Of a stretch of 64,000 nucleotides of DNA, positions 39,952 to 49,883 are shown piece by piece. Positions within the stretch are counted from its first letter, which is position 1; the number at the start of each line of letters is the position of its first letter. Below the pieces are notes generated by a model that was given only the letters and a program-made list of their open reading frames with translations, did no database searches and had not been told where the DNA came from. Source of the stretch: Clostridia bacterium (lineage in GTDB: Bacteria > Bacillota > Clostridia > UMGS1883). A program made the position numbers and the translations under genes. The stretch spans positions 96,001 through 160,000 of the forward strand of contig JBJDXJ010000038.1 of assembly GCA_051866635.1 (NCBI GenBank), written 5' to 3'.

Positions 39952-40565
39952 TAGCAATTGTAGATTACGGTGTGGGAAATCTCTTTTCACTTAAAAGCTC
40001 CTTTGCCGCCATCGGTCAGGATGTTGTTGTGACAGGTGATAAAGAAGAGATAAGAAAAGCGGACAAAATTATCCTCCCCGGTGTAGGTGCATTTGAAGAT
40101 GCGGCAAAAAAACTTAATGATACAGGCTTGGGAGACGTTGTACGGGAAGAAGCAAAGAAAGGCAAGTGGGTAATGGGCATATGCCTTGGTATGCAGCTTT
40201 TGTTTGAAAAAAGCTATGAATACGGCGAACATAAGGGTCTGGGTCTTATTGAAGGGGAAATTGTTGCCATTGAAAATGTTATTCCAAAGGGCTATAAAAT
40301 CCCACATATAGGATGGAATTCATTAAAGTTCACAGACAAAAAAAGTGAAATTTTCAAATATATAAAAGACGGGGACTATGTGTACTTTGTTCACTCTTAC
40401 TATGGTGCAAATTGCGACAAGTACGTAACAGCCACAAGTGAATACGGATACCCCCTTACAGCATCCGTACAAAAGGGCAATGTGTTCGGCTGTCAGTTCC
40501 ACCCCGAAAAAAGCGGCGAAGTGGGGCTTAAAATCCTGAAGGCGTTTTCGGAAGGTGAGGGATAA
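39948..40565 (+). CDS. hisH: Imidazole glycerol phosphate synthase glutaminase subunit
   Basis: DYGVGNL, LPGVG, GICLGMQ, PHIGWN, QFHPEKS. Confidence 0.96.
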   Translation: MIAIVDYGVGNLFSLKSSFAAIGQDVVVTGDKEEIRKADKIILPGVGAFEDAAKKLNDTGLGDVVREEAKKGKWVMGICLGMQLLFEKSYEYGEHKGLGLIEGEIVAIENVIPKGYKIPHIGWNSLKFTDKKSEIFKYIKDGDYVYFVHSYYGANCDKYVTATSEYGYPLTASVQKGNVFGCQFHPEKSGEVGLKILKAFSEGEG

Positions 40566-40567
40566 TC

Positions 40568-41281
40568 ATGTATATATTTCCTGCTATTGATTTATACGAA
40601 AAAAAGGCGGTCCGTCTTTTAAAGGGCGAATATGACCGCATGGATATTTACAGCGAAAATCCCTTGGAAATTGCTGAGGATTTTAAAAATCAAGGGGCAA
40701 AGCATATTCACATAGTTGACCTTGAAGGTGCAAAGGACGGCACAACACCTAATATTGACGTGATTAAGTCAATATGCGAAAAAAGCGGTCTTTTCTGTGA
40801 AGTGGGCGGCGGCATAAGAAGCATGGAGGTTATTGAAAAGTATGTAGAAGCAGGGGTTGGCCGTGTTATTTTGGGAACTGCCGCAGTAAACGACGAGGAT
40901 TTTTTAAGAAAAGCACTTGATAAATACGGAGACAAAATTGCGGTAGGCGTTGACATTAAAGACGGATTTGTGGCAATAAAGGGATGGACCGAAAAATCAC
41001 AGTATAGCTTTATGGACTTTTGCAAAAAGATGGAACAAATGGGTGTAAAAGTCATTATCTGTACTGACATTTCAAAGGACGGAGCCATGGAGGGTACAAA
41101 CCATGCTCTGTATAAAGAGCTTTCGGAAAAGCTGAATGTGAAAATTACGGCGTCAGGCGGCGTAAGCAGTATTGAAGATGTGAAGAAGCTCCGCACTCTT
41201 AATATATACGGTGCAATTATCGGTAAGGCTTACTACATCGGAGCTATAAATCTTAAAGAAGCAATTGAGGTGGCAGAATGA
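40568..41281 (+). CDS. hisA: ProFAR isomerase
   Basis: PAIDL, HIVDLEGA, VGGGIR, TDISKDG, ASGG. Confidence 0.96.
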   Translation: MYIFPAIDLYEKKAVRLLKGEYDRMDIYSENPLEIAEDFKNQGAKHIHIVDLEGAKDGTTPNIDVIKSICEKSGLFCEVGGGIRSMEVIEKYVEAGVGRVILGTAAVNDEDFLRKALDKYGDKIAVGVDIKDGFVAIKGWTEKSQYSFMDFCKKMEQMGVKVIICTDISKDGAMEGTNHALYKELSEKLNVKITASGGVSSIEDVKKLRTLNIYGAIIGKAYYIGAINLKEAIEVAE

Positions 41282-42036
41282 TTACAAAAAGAATTATCCC
41301 CTGCCTTGACATAAGAGACGGGCGTGTTGTAAAGGGCGTTAACTTTGAAGGGTTAAACGATGTTTCAAACCCTGTTGAGCTTGCAAAATTCTACAGCGAT
41401 AACGGTGCAGACGAATTAGTGTTTTATGATATAACTGCATCTGCCGAGGGCAGAGGGCTTTTCACCGATATACTTTGCCTTGTTGCAAAAACAATCTTTA
41501 TCCCGCTAACTGTTGGCGGAGGAATCAATACAGTGGAGGACTTTGACCGTGTTTTAAAATGTGGTGCCGATAAAGTCAGCGTCAATTCAGGTGCCATTAA
41601 AAATCCCGACCTTATTTATAATGCGGCAAAGCTTTATGGTGACCAGTGCGTTGTTATAAGTGCCGATGTGAAAAGGGTTGATGGTGTGTTCCGTGTATTT
41701 GCCAAAGGTGGCCGTGAAAATACAGGTATGGAAGCTATCGAGTGGATAAAAAGGTGCGTAGGTAACGGAGCAGGCGAGGTTGTGTTAAACTCCATAGATA
41801 CCGATGGTGTAAAGGAAGGCTTTGACCTTGAAATGTTAGATAAGGTTTGTAATGCTGTTAACGTACCTGTTATTGCATCGGGCGGTGCCGGCAAAATGGA
41901 AGATTTTGAAATTCTGTTTAAATCAATCCCAAAGGTAGATGCAGGGCTTGCGGCATCTATATTCCATTTTGGTGAAGTGGATATTAAAGAGCTTAAACAA
42001 TTTCTTAAATCAAAAGATATTCAGATGAGAATTTGA
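41278..42036 (+). CDS. hisF: Imidazole glycerol phosphate synthase cyclase subunit
   Basis: [37 protein letters not shown]. Confidence 0.96.
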   Translation: MITKRIIPCLDIRDGRVVKGVNFEGLNDVSNPVELAKFYSDNGADELVFYDITASAEGRGLFTDILCLVAKTIFIPLTVGGGINTVEDFDRVLKCGADKVSVNSGAIKNPDLIYNAAKLYGDQCVVISADVKRVDGVFRVFAKGGRENTGMEAIEWIKRCVGNGAGEVVLNSIDTDGVKEGFDLEMLDKVCNAVNVPVIASGGAGKMEDFEILFKSIPKVDAGLAASIFHFGEVDIKELKQFLKSKDIQMRI

Positions 42037-42050
42037 AAGAGGTAATTAGA

Positions 42051-42698
42051 ATGATAAATATAGATGAACTTAAGTTTGACGAAAAGGGCTTAATCCCTGC
42101 AATTGTGGTGGATAGTATTTCAAAAAAGGTTTTGACATTAGCTTACATGAACCGTGAAAGCCTTGAAATTTCAATGGAAAAGGGGCTTACCTGTTTTTAC
42201 AGCCGTTCAAGGCAGGAGCTGTGGTTAAAGGGCGAAACAAGCGGAAATTATCAGCACATTGTGTCAATCACGGCAGATTGCGACTGCGATGCTTTGGTAG
42301 TTGAGGTTGAAAAGGACGGCCCTGCGTGCCATAAGGGAACAGACAGCTGTTTTACTAATGAAGTGTGGGAAAGCGAAAGTTTGCAGTCCTTTTCTCTTGA
42401 AAGCCTTATGACATTAATCAAAGGCAGAAAGACAGAAAAAAAAGAAGGCAGTTATACAACATACCTTTTTGAAAAGGGTATTGATAAAATTCTCAAAAAA
42501 GTTGGCGAGGAATGTACCGAGGTTATTATCGGTGCAAAAAGTAACGACAAAAAGGAAACAATATACGAAATTGCGGACCTTACATACCATGTAATGGTTC
42601 TTATGATAGAAATGGGCATCAGCTTAGAGGATATCCATAATGAGCTTAAGTCCCGTCATGTTATTGACAAAAAGGTTAAGCAGGAGAAAATGGTGTAA
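42051..42698 (+). CDS. hisIE: Bifunctional PR-AMP cyclohydrolase / PR-ATP diphosphatase
   Basis: [28 protein letters not shown]; SYT.YLF, KKVGEE, EIADL.YH. Confidence 0.95.
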   Translation: MINIDELKFDEKGLIPAIVVDSISKKVLTLAYMNRESLEISMEKGLTCFYSRSRQELWLKGETSGNYQHIVSITADCDCDALVVEVEKDGPACHKGTDSCFTNEVWESESLQSFSLESLMTLIKGRKTEKKEGSYTTYLFEKGIDKILKKVGEECTEVIIGAKSNDKKETIYEIADLTYHVMVLMIEMGISLEDIHNELKSRHVIDKKVKQEKMV

Positions 42699-43414
42699 TG
42701 AAGGATTTACATGTGCACACAACCTTCTGTGACGGGAAAAATACACCTGAAGAAATGGTAATTCAGGCAATTGAAAAAGGCATTGAAACAATCGGTTTTT
42801 CCGCACATTCTTATACCTTTTTTGATGAAAGCTATTGCATGAAAAAGGAAAGGTATAAGGAATATAAAGCTGAAATTAAAAGATTGCAGGAAAAATACCG
42901 TGGTAAAATAGAAATCCTTTTAGGCATTGAACAGGACTTTTATTCCGATGCATCTACAGAAGGCTTTGACTATGTGATAGGGTCGGTCCATTATTTAAAG
43001 AAAAACGGCAAGTATCTGCCCATAGATGAAAGCGAAGAAATATTTATAGATATTGTAAAGAATTATTACAATAATGACTTTTATCTTTTGGCAGAGGATT
43101 ATTTTGACACGGTTTCCTCTGTTGTGGAAAAGACAGGTGCCGATATTATAGGCCATTTTGACCTTATAACAAAGTTTAACGAAAAAAACCGCCTTTTTGA
43201 CGAAGGCGATGAAAGGTATGTAAAAGCATATAAAAAAGCGGTGGACAAACTTATTGAAACGGGAAAGGTTTTTGAAATAAATACAGGTGCTATTTCCCGT
43301 GGGTACAGAACAACACCTTACCCTTCTGAAGATATATTAAAATATATCTTACAAAAGGGCGGCAGGACAATGGTAAACAGCGACAGCCATAGTGTGGATG
43401 GATTGGGCATGTAA
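42698..43414 (+). CDS. hisK: Histidinol-phosphatase (PHP, HisJ/HisK family)
   Basis: DLHVHT.FCDG, IGSVH, GHFDL, EINTG, SDSH; last gene of the his operon. Confidence 0.85.
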   Translation: MKDLHVHTTFCDGKNTPEEMVIQAIEKGIETIGFSAHSYTFFDESYCMKKERYKEYKAEIKRLQEKYRGKIEILLGIEQDFYSDASTEGFDYVIGSVHYLKKNGKYLPIDESEEIFIDIVKNYYNNDFYLLAEDYFDTVSSVVEKTGADIIGHFDLITKFNEKNRLFDEGDERYVKAYKKAVDKLIETGKVFEINTGAISRGYRTTPYPSEDILKYILQKGGRTMVNSDSHSVDGLGM

Positions 43415-43450
43415 AAGGCTATGACAAAATGAAATGGAGGAAAATATAAT

Positions 43451-46400
43451 ATGCTTAAGAAAATTGTTTCACTTATTACAGCACTTTCAATGCTGTGTGG
43501 AATTATACCAATTGTGACGGTTATGGCAGACGAAGAAGTTACTTCAAACAAATATCAGGTAATTGAAGATATGTTTGTAGTTGACAATACGGTTTGGGGA
43601 ATTAATACAACCAATGCAAACAATATCTTTGTTGCAGCGGGGCCTGATGAGAACAGAGCACCTGTTACAGACAATAAGGGTGACCCCTTGAGAGGGGAAG
43701 CAGACCCTTCTACACTGGGAAAATCACGAGTTGGATTTTTCCAATTCCCTGTAGCAGAAGTAGGAAACAATCAGAGGGCTTTTGCGAGATTTTATGTAAG
43801 GCAATGGCATTCAAACACATTCTCTAACGGCAATAGTTCCATACGTTTTGCAGTATATGCTGTCAATGATGATAGTTGGACAACTCTTTCGGACGGCGGA
43901 TATTATGACAGTGCAAATGCACCGCTGTTAGAGTCCTACAGCGACCCTTTATTTTCTTATGCAGCAACAAAAGAAGATGAATATATAACTTTTGATGTTA
44001 CGGAAATTATGCGTGCGGCACAAAAAGAAAACCTTTCAACAATTACATTAAGACTTAATGCTGCGTGGGGTGCGGCATTTATTGTTGAAAGAGAAGCTTG
44101 TACTGGTGGCACGACATACGAAGGAAAGGAAGCTTGTATTTTAGTTAGCGACAATGTGATGATAAACGGTTCTTTTGAGGATGAGGATGGAAACTTTTCT
44201 CTTGAAGGATGGAATAGTGCCAGTACAGGAGAAACACTTGGAAGTCCCTTTTCTACTGACCATTTTTATGCCGTTAATTCAACCTCTGTAATTTTAAACA
44301 ATGTTGAAACTTCATACTCTACAACAATTCCTGATGGGAAATGGGCGTTAGGCACTCATTATAATCATGGTGCAAATGGATTATGTTCCATTAAACGCTA
44401 TGTTCCTGTTAAAAGCGGAAGAACATATTTGATTACATATAAGGTAAAATCCGGTGTTGGAAGTAATGGCGAATATATAAAAACCAGTTTGGTTGCAGAT
44501 ACAGATTCAGGTGAATCAAACACTACAGCTGCAGGTTCGATTGGTACACAATGGAAAGAAGTAACACGAATATTTGAAGCTACAGATGATACCGACAATG
44601 TTCTTTTTTGGTTTCGCTGGTTAGGCGGAGGATCTAATTCCGGAGATGGACCATACTACATCTTTGATGATTTTGGAATTTATGAGATAACAGCAGAAAC
44701 AGCTAGTACTATAGAAACGCCCAGTGTCATAGAATCATTGGGAGGAGAAGTTCTTTGGGCTTGCCCAGAAGGAAGCTTCAACGACACCGCTATCGGTACT
44801 GCATTTCCCGGTTGGTCATCCAGCGTTACAAGCGGTTATGTTAACGTTAAAACGTATGACGTGGGCAATACAATTCAGTATTATACAAACGGAAGTACAG
44901 AAAATGTTACAACAATTACATCTCCCGGATACGGCGGTGATGGCGAGGATGCCATAATTATCGAGTGGAAGATGAAGAGGCAAAATCCTTCCGATTTGTA
45001 CTTTGACTTCTCCTTCACAGATAAAAACGGCGAAGAAATTGCCTTTTTAAAGTTCGATAAAAACTATACATCTGTTACAGATGAATATTACATGGGCTAT
45101 CCTAAAGAAGGTACAGACTGTGCGATTGTTGCAACAAATAATGGTGATGGCACACATAATGTGGAGTATTATGTAGCCGGTTCTGTTGTATCTGCACTTG
45201 CAAATAAAGAGGGTGAAATCTCCGGATTCGGCGGTATCACGTCTTCCGGCGGTCGTTATTCGAATGCTTGGCAGCATATCGGTTTTGCAAACCTTAGAAT
45301 AGGAATGGTAAATGATGCTGAGATTCTTTCTGTTGAAGTCATTGACGAAGATGGTAATATAGTTAAAGACGGTTACAGTATCAATTGGTATGAAAAAGAC
45401 AGTTATGATTTGATTGCCACAGGAAAAACCTTTGTGGTGCCAAATGATGAGAAAGAATATGAATATGTAGTGATTCTTGATAAAGATACAAGCTTTTTGT
45501 ATTATCAGCCTGTAAGGGCAGCAGCGGAGGAAGCCAATACAGTTGTACTTGAAAAGTTAGATACAGTCACTGTATATGGTAAGGTTACAAATGAAGCTGA
45601 TGAAGCGATAAGTGATGCAGAGATTTTATTTGAACAAACTTCAAATGGCTACATAAGAGAAACTTCCGTAACTACAGGTGCAGATGGTAGGTTCAGCTGT
45701 GAAATATTAAAAGCTTCGGCAACTGTCAGATATTCTGCCACAGGGTACTATTCGTCAAAAAGACTTATTAAGAGCGAAGCTATAGAGAGCAATGATGTTA
45801 ACCTCGGAACAGAAGTGATGGAGCTTTTGCCTGACAATAAAATATTGCTTTCTCTTTACGAAAAGAGAGTGGAGTCAGATATTAAAACAAGTATTGCTGC
45901 AAGTGCAAACATAAACTTTGAAATATATAATGCTACACAAAATTGTAGCGTAACTGACTTTGAGGTGCAGCATCAGTATATTTATCTTACGGATGAAAAA
46001 GTAAACGCTTATGATACGCTTACAATAACTGCAACAGATGACTTTGGCAAAAACAAAGCAGAAAGTGTTACAATTACCTTAACCGATACAAAGAGCGGAT
46101 CTGTTGAAATAACATTTATACAGCGAGGTAAATTCAAGGCGGAAACAGTTACAGGCAACGATGAAAATATTGTAATGATTTTTGACCAGGCAGGGAAATT
46201 TGTTTCATCCCACACGGTTAAAGATAAATATACAAGTGACAGCTTGAATGACGGCATTTACACCCTTGTGTTTATGAAGAAAACGAACCTTTTGAGAAGT
46301 GTTGCAACTATTGAAAAGCTTAATGAAATTGGCTTGACGGAAGGCGAAGATTACAACGTCTATACCGTGGATATTACCCATGACAATGTAAGCGTGATTG

Positions 46401-49231
46401 AGTTGGTTGAAGTTCCTGAGATAGACGAAGAAAAGCTCTATTATACATCCGAGGCACAGGTTTCATCTTCTTACAGTAAATTGGCTGTGGGTAGGTTAAC
46501 TCAGATTAAGGCGACATATACCATTGATGAAAAACACAGTGCATACGGACAGAAGGTTAGTGTTGATTTGCCGGAGGGTGTTGTCCTTGTAGAAGGTAGT
46601 ATAGCTACGGACGGTAAGAGGTCTGCATATACATATGAAAACAATACTGTTATTGTAAGCACAAATAAGAGAAGCAGTGTTGTGCGGTTTTATGTATTTG
46701 CCACAGAAGGCGGAGATTATGCCGTAGAAGCGTATTTGTCCTGCACGGCTGACGGAAATGATATACTTCAGCCTTTAGGCTCAGCAAGCTTTACCGCTAC
46801 TGCCTCTGAAATTGTCATGAAAGAATATACCTCAAGCAAACATGTTCCTATATCAGGTGTAGTGACACCTAACAGTACAGTTGTGATATATGATAATAAC
46901 GAGCCTGTAGGCGAAACAACGGCAAATTCCGTTGGCAGCTGGAGATTCTTGCTTGAACTAAATGATACAGAAGAGTTAGGATACCATGAGGTTTATGCAA
47001 CCGTGTCAAATAATTACGGCGGTATACCGATTAAAACTGAAACAAATGTGCTTATATATGTTAATGATTACGCTGAGCCAGTGAATATGGAGATGATATA
47101 TAGAAGAAATGTTTTAAAATATAATTTTTCTGATTTTGAAGATAACATACCTTACTATAGTTATGTCCCCGGGAGCTCTTCATTTACATTCAAGGTGGAA
47201 TTTGAAGGCAATAACTCTTTGGTGAAAGAAGCGGGTGTGGTTACTACAGGTAAAGACGGTGAAAAAACCTATGTTTCACTTGCTTTTGATGAGGAAACAG
47301 GTTTGTGGGTAGGTACGCATAATTATAGAAATTATAATGATACCCCGTCCGCATGTTATGTTACATGGAAAACCAATGAAAAATGGTGGGAAAAATATGT
47401 AGAACAAGAAGCGTCGGATGCTGATGAGGCTGATTTATTCGGCGAAAAGGGACTGATAAAATCTTTTATGGATTTCTTTACCCATAAGGAGGATTATGAT
47501 AAAGAAGTTCTGAAATATGAGGAATGTACAAATGAAACCAAACGCTATTATGTTGAAGCTGCAAATGCTGTAAGAGCTTATTATAACAACTGCTGTTGTG
47601 TATGTGCACAAGCAAATATAAAAGAAGAGATAGATCAAGCACTGATAGCAGTTGAGTGCTCAGGTCATCCGGAGCAAATTTTAAATAAGTATAAAAATAA
47701 GCAATCTCCTACTTGTGACAAAACATGTACATGCAAACACGGCTGTCACTCAAGCACACCTGAGAAAAAAACAAAAAGCAGTCTTGACCCTGCAGGATAT
47801 GTATGCGAAGCAGTACCCTCCAACCGTCTTGAAGGTGTAACAGCTACCGCATATTGGCTGACGGAAATTTATGATGAGTATGGCGAGCCTACCGGTGAAA
47901 CAGAGCTTACAAAGTGGGACGCCGGAAGTTATGACCAGGCAAATCCCCTTGTAACAAACGTAAACGGAGAATACTCATGGTTTGTACCGGAGGGAAGTTG
48001 GCTTGTAAAGTATTCAAAGGAGGGCTATTTTGATACGGACAGTACTCTTAACTCTGCAGCTGATGAAGACGGATTCTTGCCTGTCCCACCACCGCAGACA
48101 GAAGTGAACGTAGCGATGGTTTCCATGCTGGCACCCGAGGTTAAGAACATAAATGCGTATAACGACGGTATACGAATCGAGTTTACGCAGTATATGGATA
48201 CGGACAGTGTAAATACTGATAATATAACGGTGAAGATTGACGGTGCGGAAGTTTTGGGAAGTATAGAACCTGTTAATAATGAAACTTCTTTTGATGATGA
48301 GGGTATTGAGTATGCGAGCATATTCAATTTTGTACCCGATAGTAATATCAAAGGTTCTGTTACAGTTGATATAAGAAATGTTATAAACTATGCGGGAAAG
48401 AAAATTGAAAAAATATACAGCGGAGTGCACAACATAGTTGTAAAGCCTGAAAGTATTGAAGCAATTGAAAATATAAGCATTAAGTACAACTCAACTGTAT
48501 CTTTGGAGGCATTTATACTGCCTGTGGGAGCGAAAGGTACAATTAATGTGACAAGCTCATCTCCAAGCGTGGCAGAAGCTGTGGAAAGCACTGTTACAAC
48601 AGATGGAAACGGCAAAGCAGTAATAGTGATTAAGGGAAAGCTTCCCGGAACTGCTGAAATTCTGCTTGAATTGGAAGGTACAGACATTTCCGCTACTGTT
48701 AATGCAGTGGTTGAGAATGTAATTTCCGGCGTTGATAGATGTGGCAGAGTTGCGGCGGATATAGAAAGTGGCAATGCTGTGGAAAAAAGAAGTGTTGTTA
48801 CCCTTTCTACAACTACGGAAGGTGCGAATATTTATTACACCCTTGATAAGTCAGACCCGTCCGATGAAGGAAATGCAAAAAGAATAAAGTATACCGATCC
48901 TATAACAATTACAGAAGATACTTTTATAATTGCATATGCAACAAAGGATGGTTTTGAAGACAGTGCAATGACAAGCTTTATATATACAATAGACCGCAAG
49001 GTAGCTATTGTTAAGATAGAGGACTTTGCAGACAGTGAAAACACTGTTGTTGTGGCAGCATTCTCGAAAGACGGAGAGCTTTTGGAATATGCTGTTATAG
49101 GACAGTCTGATAAGGAATTCGGTGAAGTAAGGCTTGAAGCGGAAAAAGAAATTAATCTTATTAAGATTATGGAGTGGAGCAGCTTTGAACAGATGATTCC
49201 GACAAGAGAAAGTACAGTTATTGAAAACTAA
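43451..49231 (+). CDS. Giant (1926 aa) secreted multidomain surface protein: CBM-like beta-sandwiches, Ig-like repeats, Cys-rich insert, DPxGY module, CHB_HEX_C-like domain, conserved C-terminal tail
   Basis: RBS ggagg; signal peptide; DNRLRE/CBM-like region (FDVT..), INGSFE CBM4/9-like start; DPAGYVCEAVPSNRLEGV; IYYTLDKSDP; paralog of the first ORF. Confidence 0.85.
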   Translation: MLKKIVSLITALSMLCGIIPIVTVMADEEVTSNKYQVIEDMFVVDNTVWGINTTNANNIFVAAGPDENRAPVTDNKGDPLRGEADPSTLGKSRVGFFQFPVAEVGNNQRAFARFYVRQWHSNTFSNGNSSIRFAVYAVNDDSWTTLSDGGYYDSANAPLLESYSDPLFSYAATKEDEYITFDVTEIMRAAQKENLSTITLRLNAAWGAAFIVEREACTGGTTYEGKEACILVSDNVMINGSFEDEDGNFSLEGWNSASTGETLGSPFSTDHFYAVNSTSVILNNVETSYSTTIPDGKWALGTHYNHGANGLCSIKRYVPVKSGRTYLITYKVKSGVGSNGEYIKTSLVADTDSGESNTTAAGSIGTQWKEVTRIFEATDDTDNVLFWFRWLGGGSNSGDGPYYIFDDFGIYEITAETASTIETPSVIESLGGEVLWACPEGSFNDTAIGTAFPGWSSSVTSGYVNVKTYDVGNTIQYYTNGSTENVTTITSPGYGGDGEDAIIIEWKMKRQNPSDLYFDFSFTDKNGEEIAFLKFDKNYTSVTDEYYMGYPKEGTDCAIVATNNGDGTHNVEYYVAGSVVSALANKEGEISGFGGITSSGGRYSNAWQHIGFANLRIGMVNDAEILSVEVIDEDGNIVKDGYSINWYEKDSYDLIATGKTFVVPNDEKEYEYVVILDKDTSFLYYQPVRAAAEEANTVVLEKLDTVTVYGKVTNEADEAISDAEILFEQTSNGYIRETSVTTGADGRFSCEILKASATVRYSATGYYSSKRLIKSEAIESNDVNLGTEVMELLPDNKILLSLYEKRVESDIKTSIAASANINFEIYNATQNCSVTDFEVQHQYIYLTDEKVNAYDTLTITATDDFGKNKAESVTITLTDTKSGSVEITFIQRGKFKAETVTGNDENIVMIFDQAGKFVSSHTVKDKYTSDSLNDGIYTLVFMKKTNLLRSVATIEKLNEIGLTEGEDYNVYTVDITHDNVSVIELVEVPEIDEEKLYYTSEAQVSSSYSKLAVGRLTQIKATYTIDEKHSAYGQKVSVDLPEGVVLVEGSIATDGKRSAYTYENNTVIVSTNKRSSVVRFYVFATEGGDYAVEAYLSCTADGNDILQPLGSASFTATASEIVMKEYTSSKHVPISGVVTPNSTVVIYDNNEPVGETTANSVGSWRFLLELNDTEELGYHEVYATVSNNYGGIPIKTETNVLIYVNDYAEPVNMEMIYRRNVLKYNFSDFEDNIPYYSYVPGSSSFTFKVEFEGNNSLVKEAGVVTTGKDGEKTYVSLAFDEETGLWVGTHNYRNYNDTPSACYVTWKTNEKWWEKYVEQEASDADEADLFGEKGLIKSFMDFFTHKEDYDKEVLKYEECTNETKRYYVEAANAVRAYYNNCCCVCAQANIKEEIDQALIAVECSGHPEQILNKYKNKQSPTCDKTCTCKHGCHSSTPEKKTKSSLDPAGYVCEAVPSNRLEGVTATAYWLTEIYDEYGEPTGETELTKWDAGSYDQANPLVTNVNGEYSWFVPEGSWLVKYSKEGYFDTDSTLNSAADEDGFLPVPPPQTEVNVAMVSMLAPEVKNINAYNDGIRIEFTQYMDTDSVNTDNITVKIDGAEVLGSIEPVNNETSFDDEGIEYASIFNFVPDSNIKGSVTVDIRNVINYAGKKIEKIYSGVHNIVVKPESIEAIENISIKYNSTVSLEAFILPVGAKGTINVTSSSPSVAEAVESTVTTDGNGKAVIVIKGKLPGTAEILLELEGTDISATVNAVVENVISGVDRCGRVAADIESGNAVEKRSVVTLSTTTEGANIYYTLDKSDPSDEGNAKRIKYTDPITITEDTFIIAYATKDGFEDSAMTSFIYTIDRKVAIVKIEDFADSENTVVVAAFSKDGELLEYAVIGQSDKEFGEVRLEAEKEINLIKIMEWSSFEQMIPTRESTVIEN

Positions 49232-49262
49232 AAAGATAAATCTTTGTAATTAACCAGAAATC

Positions 49263-49330
49263 AAAAATCCGTATTTCTGAAAAGGCTAATTTTATCATAC
49301 ATTTTAGCCTTTACAGGGATACGGATTTTT
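49263..49330. terminator. Long bidirectional hairpin terminator
   Basis: aaaaatccgtat...aaaggctaa...ttagccttt...atacggattttt. Confidence 0.7.
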
Positions 49331-49346
49331 GTATAATTTTATAAAA

Positions 49347-49387
49347 GGTTTATGTAAACCAAAATGAAGTTTACCCAAAATCGGGGA
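49347..49387. mobile_element. IS256-like end remnant (collapsed left and right ends)
   Basis: agtttacccaaaatcgggga matches 1670-1689 at 19/20; the preceding tgtaaaccaaaatgaa approximates the reverse complement of ttcattttggagtttaca (1660-1677). Confidence 0.4.
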
Positions 49388-49399
49388 TTTTTTAATTTT

Positions 49400-49879
49400 T
49401 TACTTATGGTAATTTTCATTTGCATTAATCTTAAAACTGCGGTAAATTTGCTCGGTCAGCATAAGGCGTGCAAGGTTATGTGGGAAGGTCATTTGAGACA
49501 TACTCAGTTTTAAGTTGCTTCTTTCTTTAACCTTACTGTCTAAACCTAAACTTCCACCTATTACAAATACAATTGATGATGTTGTCATAAAAATATCGGA
49601 CAGCTTTTTTGCAAAGTCACAGCTTCCCATTTGTTTGCCTTCAATACACATTGAAATAACATAGTCGCCTTTGTCAATTTTAGATAAAATATCATTTCCC
49701 TCTTTGGCTAAAACTGCCGCTTCCTCTGAGGGTGATGGGTTGTCGGGGATAGGGCGGTCGTTTATTTCAACAGTTTTAAATTTGCAAAAACGAGAAAGAC
49801 GCTTCTCATATTCAACCAAAGCGTCTTTAATAAACTTTTCTTTAATTTTACCTACATAAATAACAGTAACATCAGCCAT
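49400..49879 (-). CDS. rlmH: 23S rRNA pseudouridine(1915)-N3 methyltransferase
   Basis: VGKIKE, EY.KRL, FVIGGSLG, MTFPH, EQIYR, YHK end. Confidence 0.95.
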   Translation of the reverse strand: MADVTVIYVGKIKEKFIKDALVEYEKRLSRFCKFKTVEINDRPIPDNPSPSEEAAVLAKEGNDILSKIDKGDYVISMCIEGKQMGSCDFAKKLSDIFMTTSSIVFVIGGSLGLDSKVKERSNLKLSMSQMTFPHNLARLMLTEQIYRSFKINANENYHK

Positions 49880-49883
49880 TTGT

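Noticed and set aside
43415-43450. att direct repeat of the rlmH 3' end
   Set aside because: No copy of ttacttatggtaattttc found at the far side of the giant gene.
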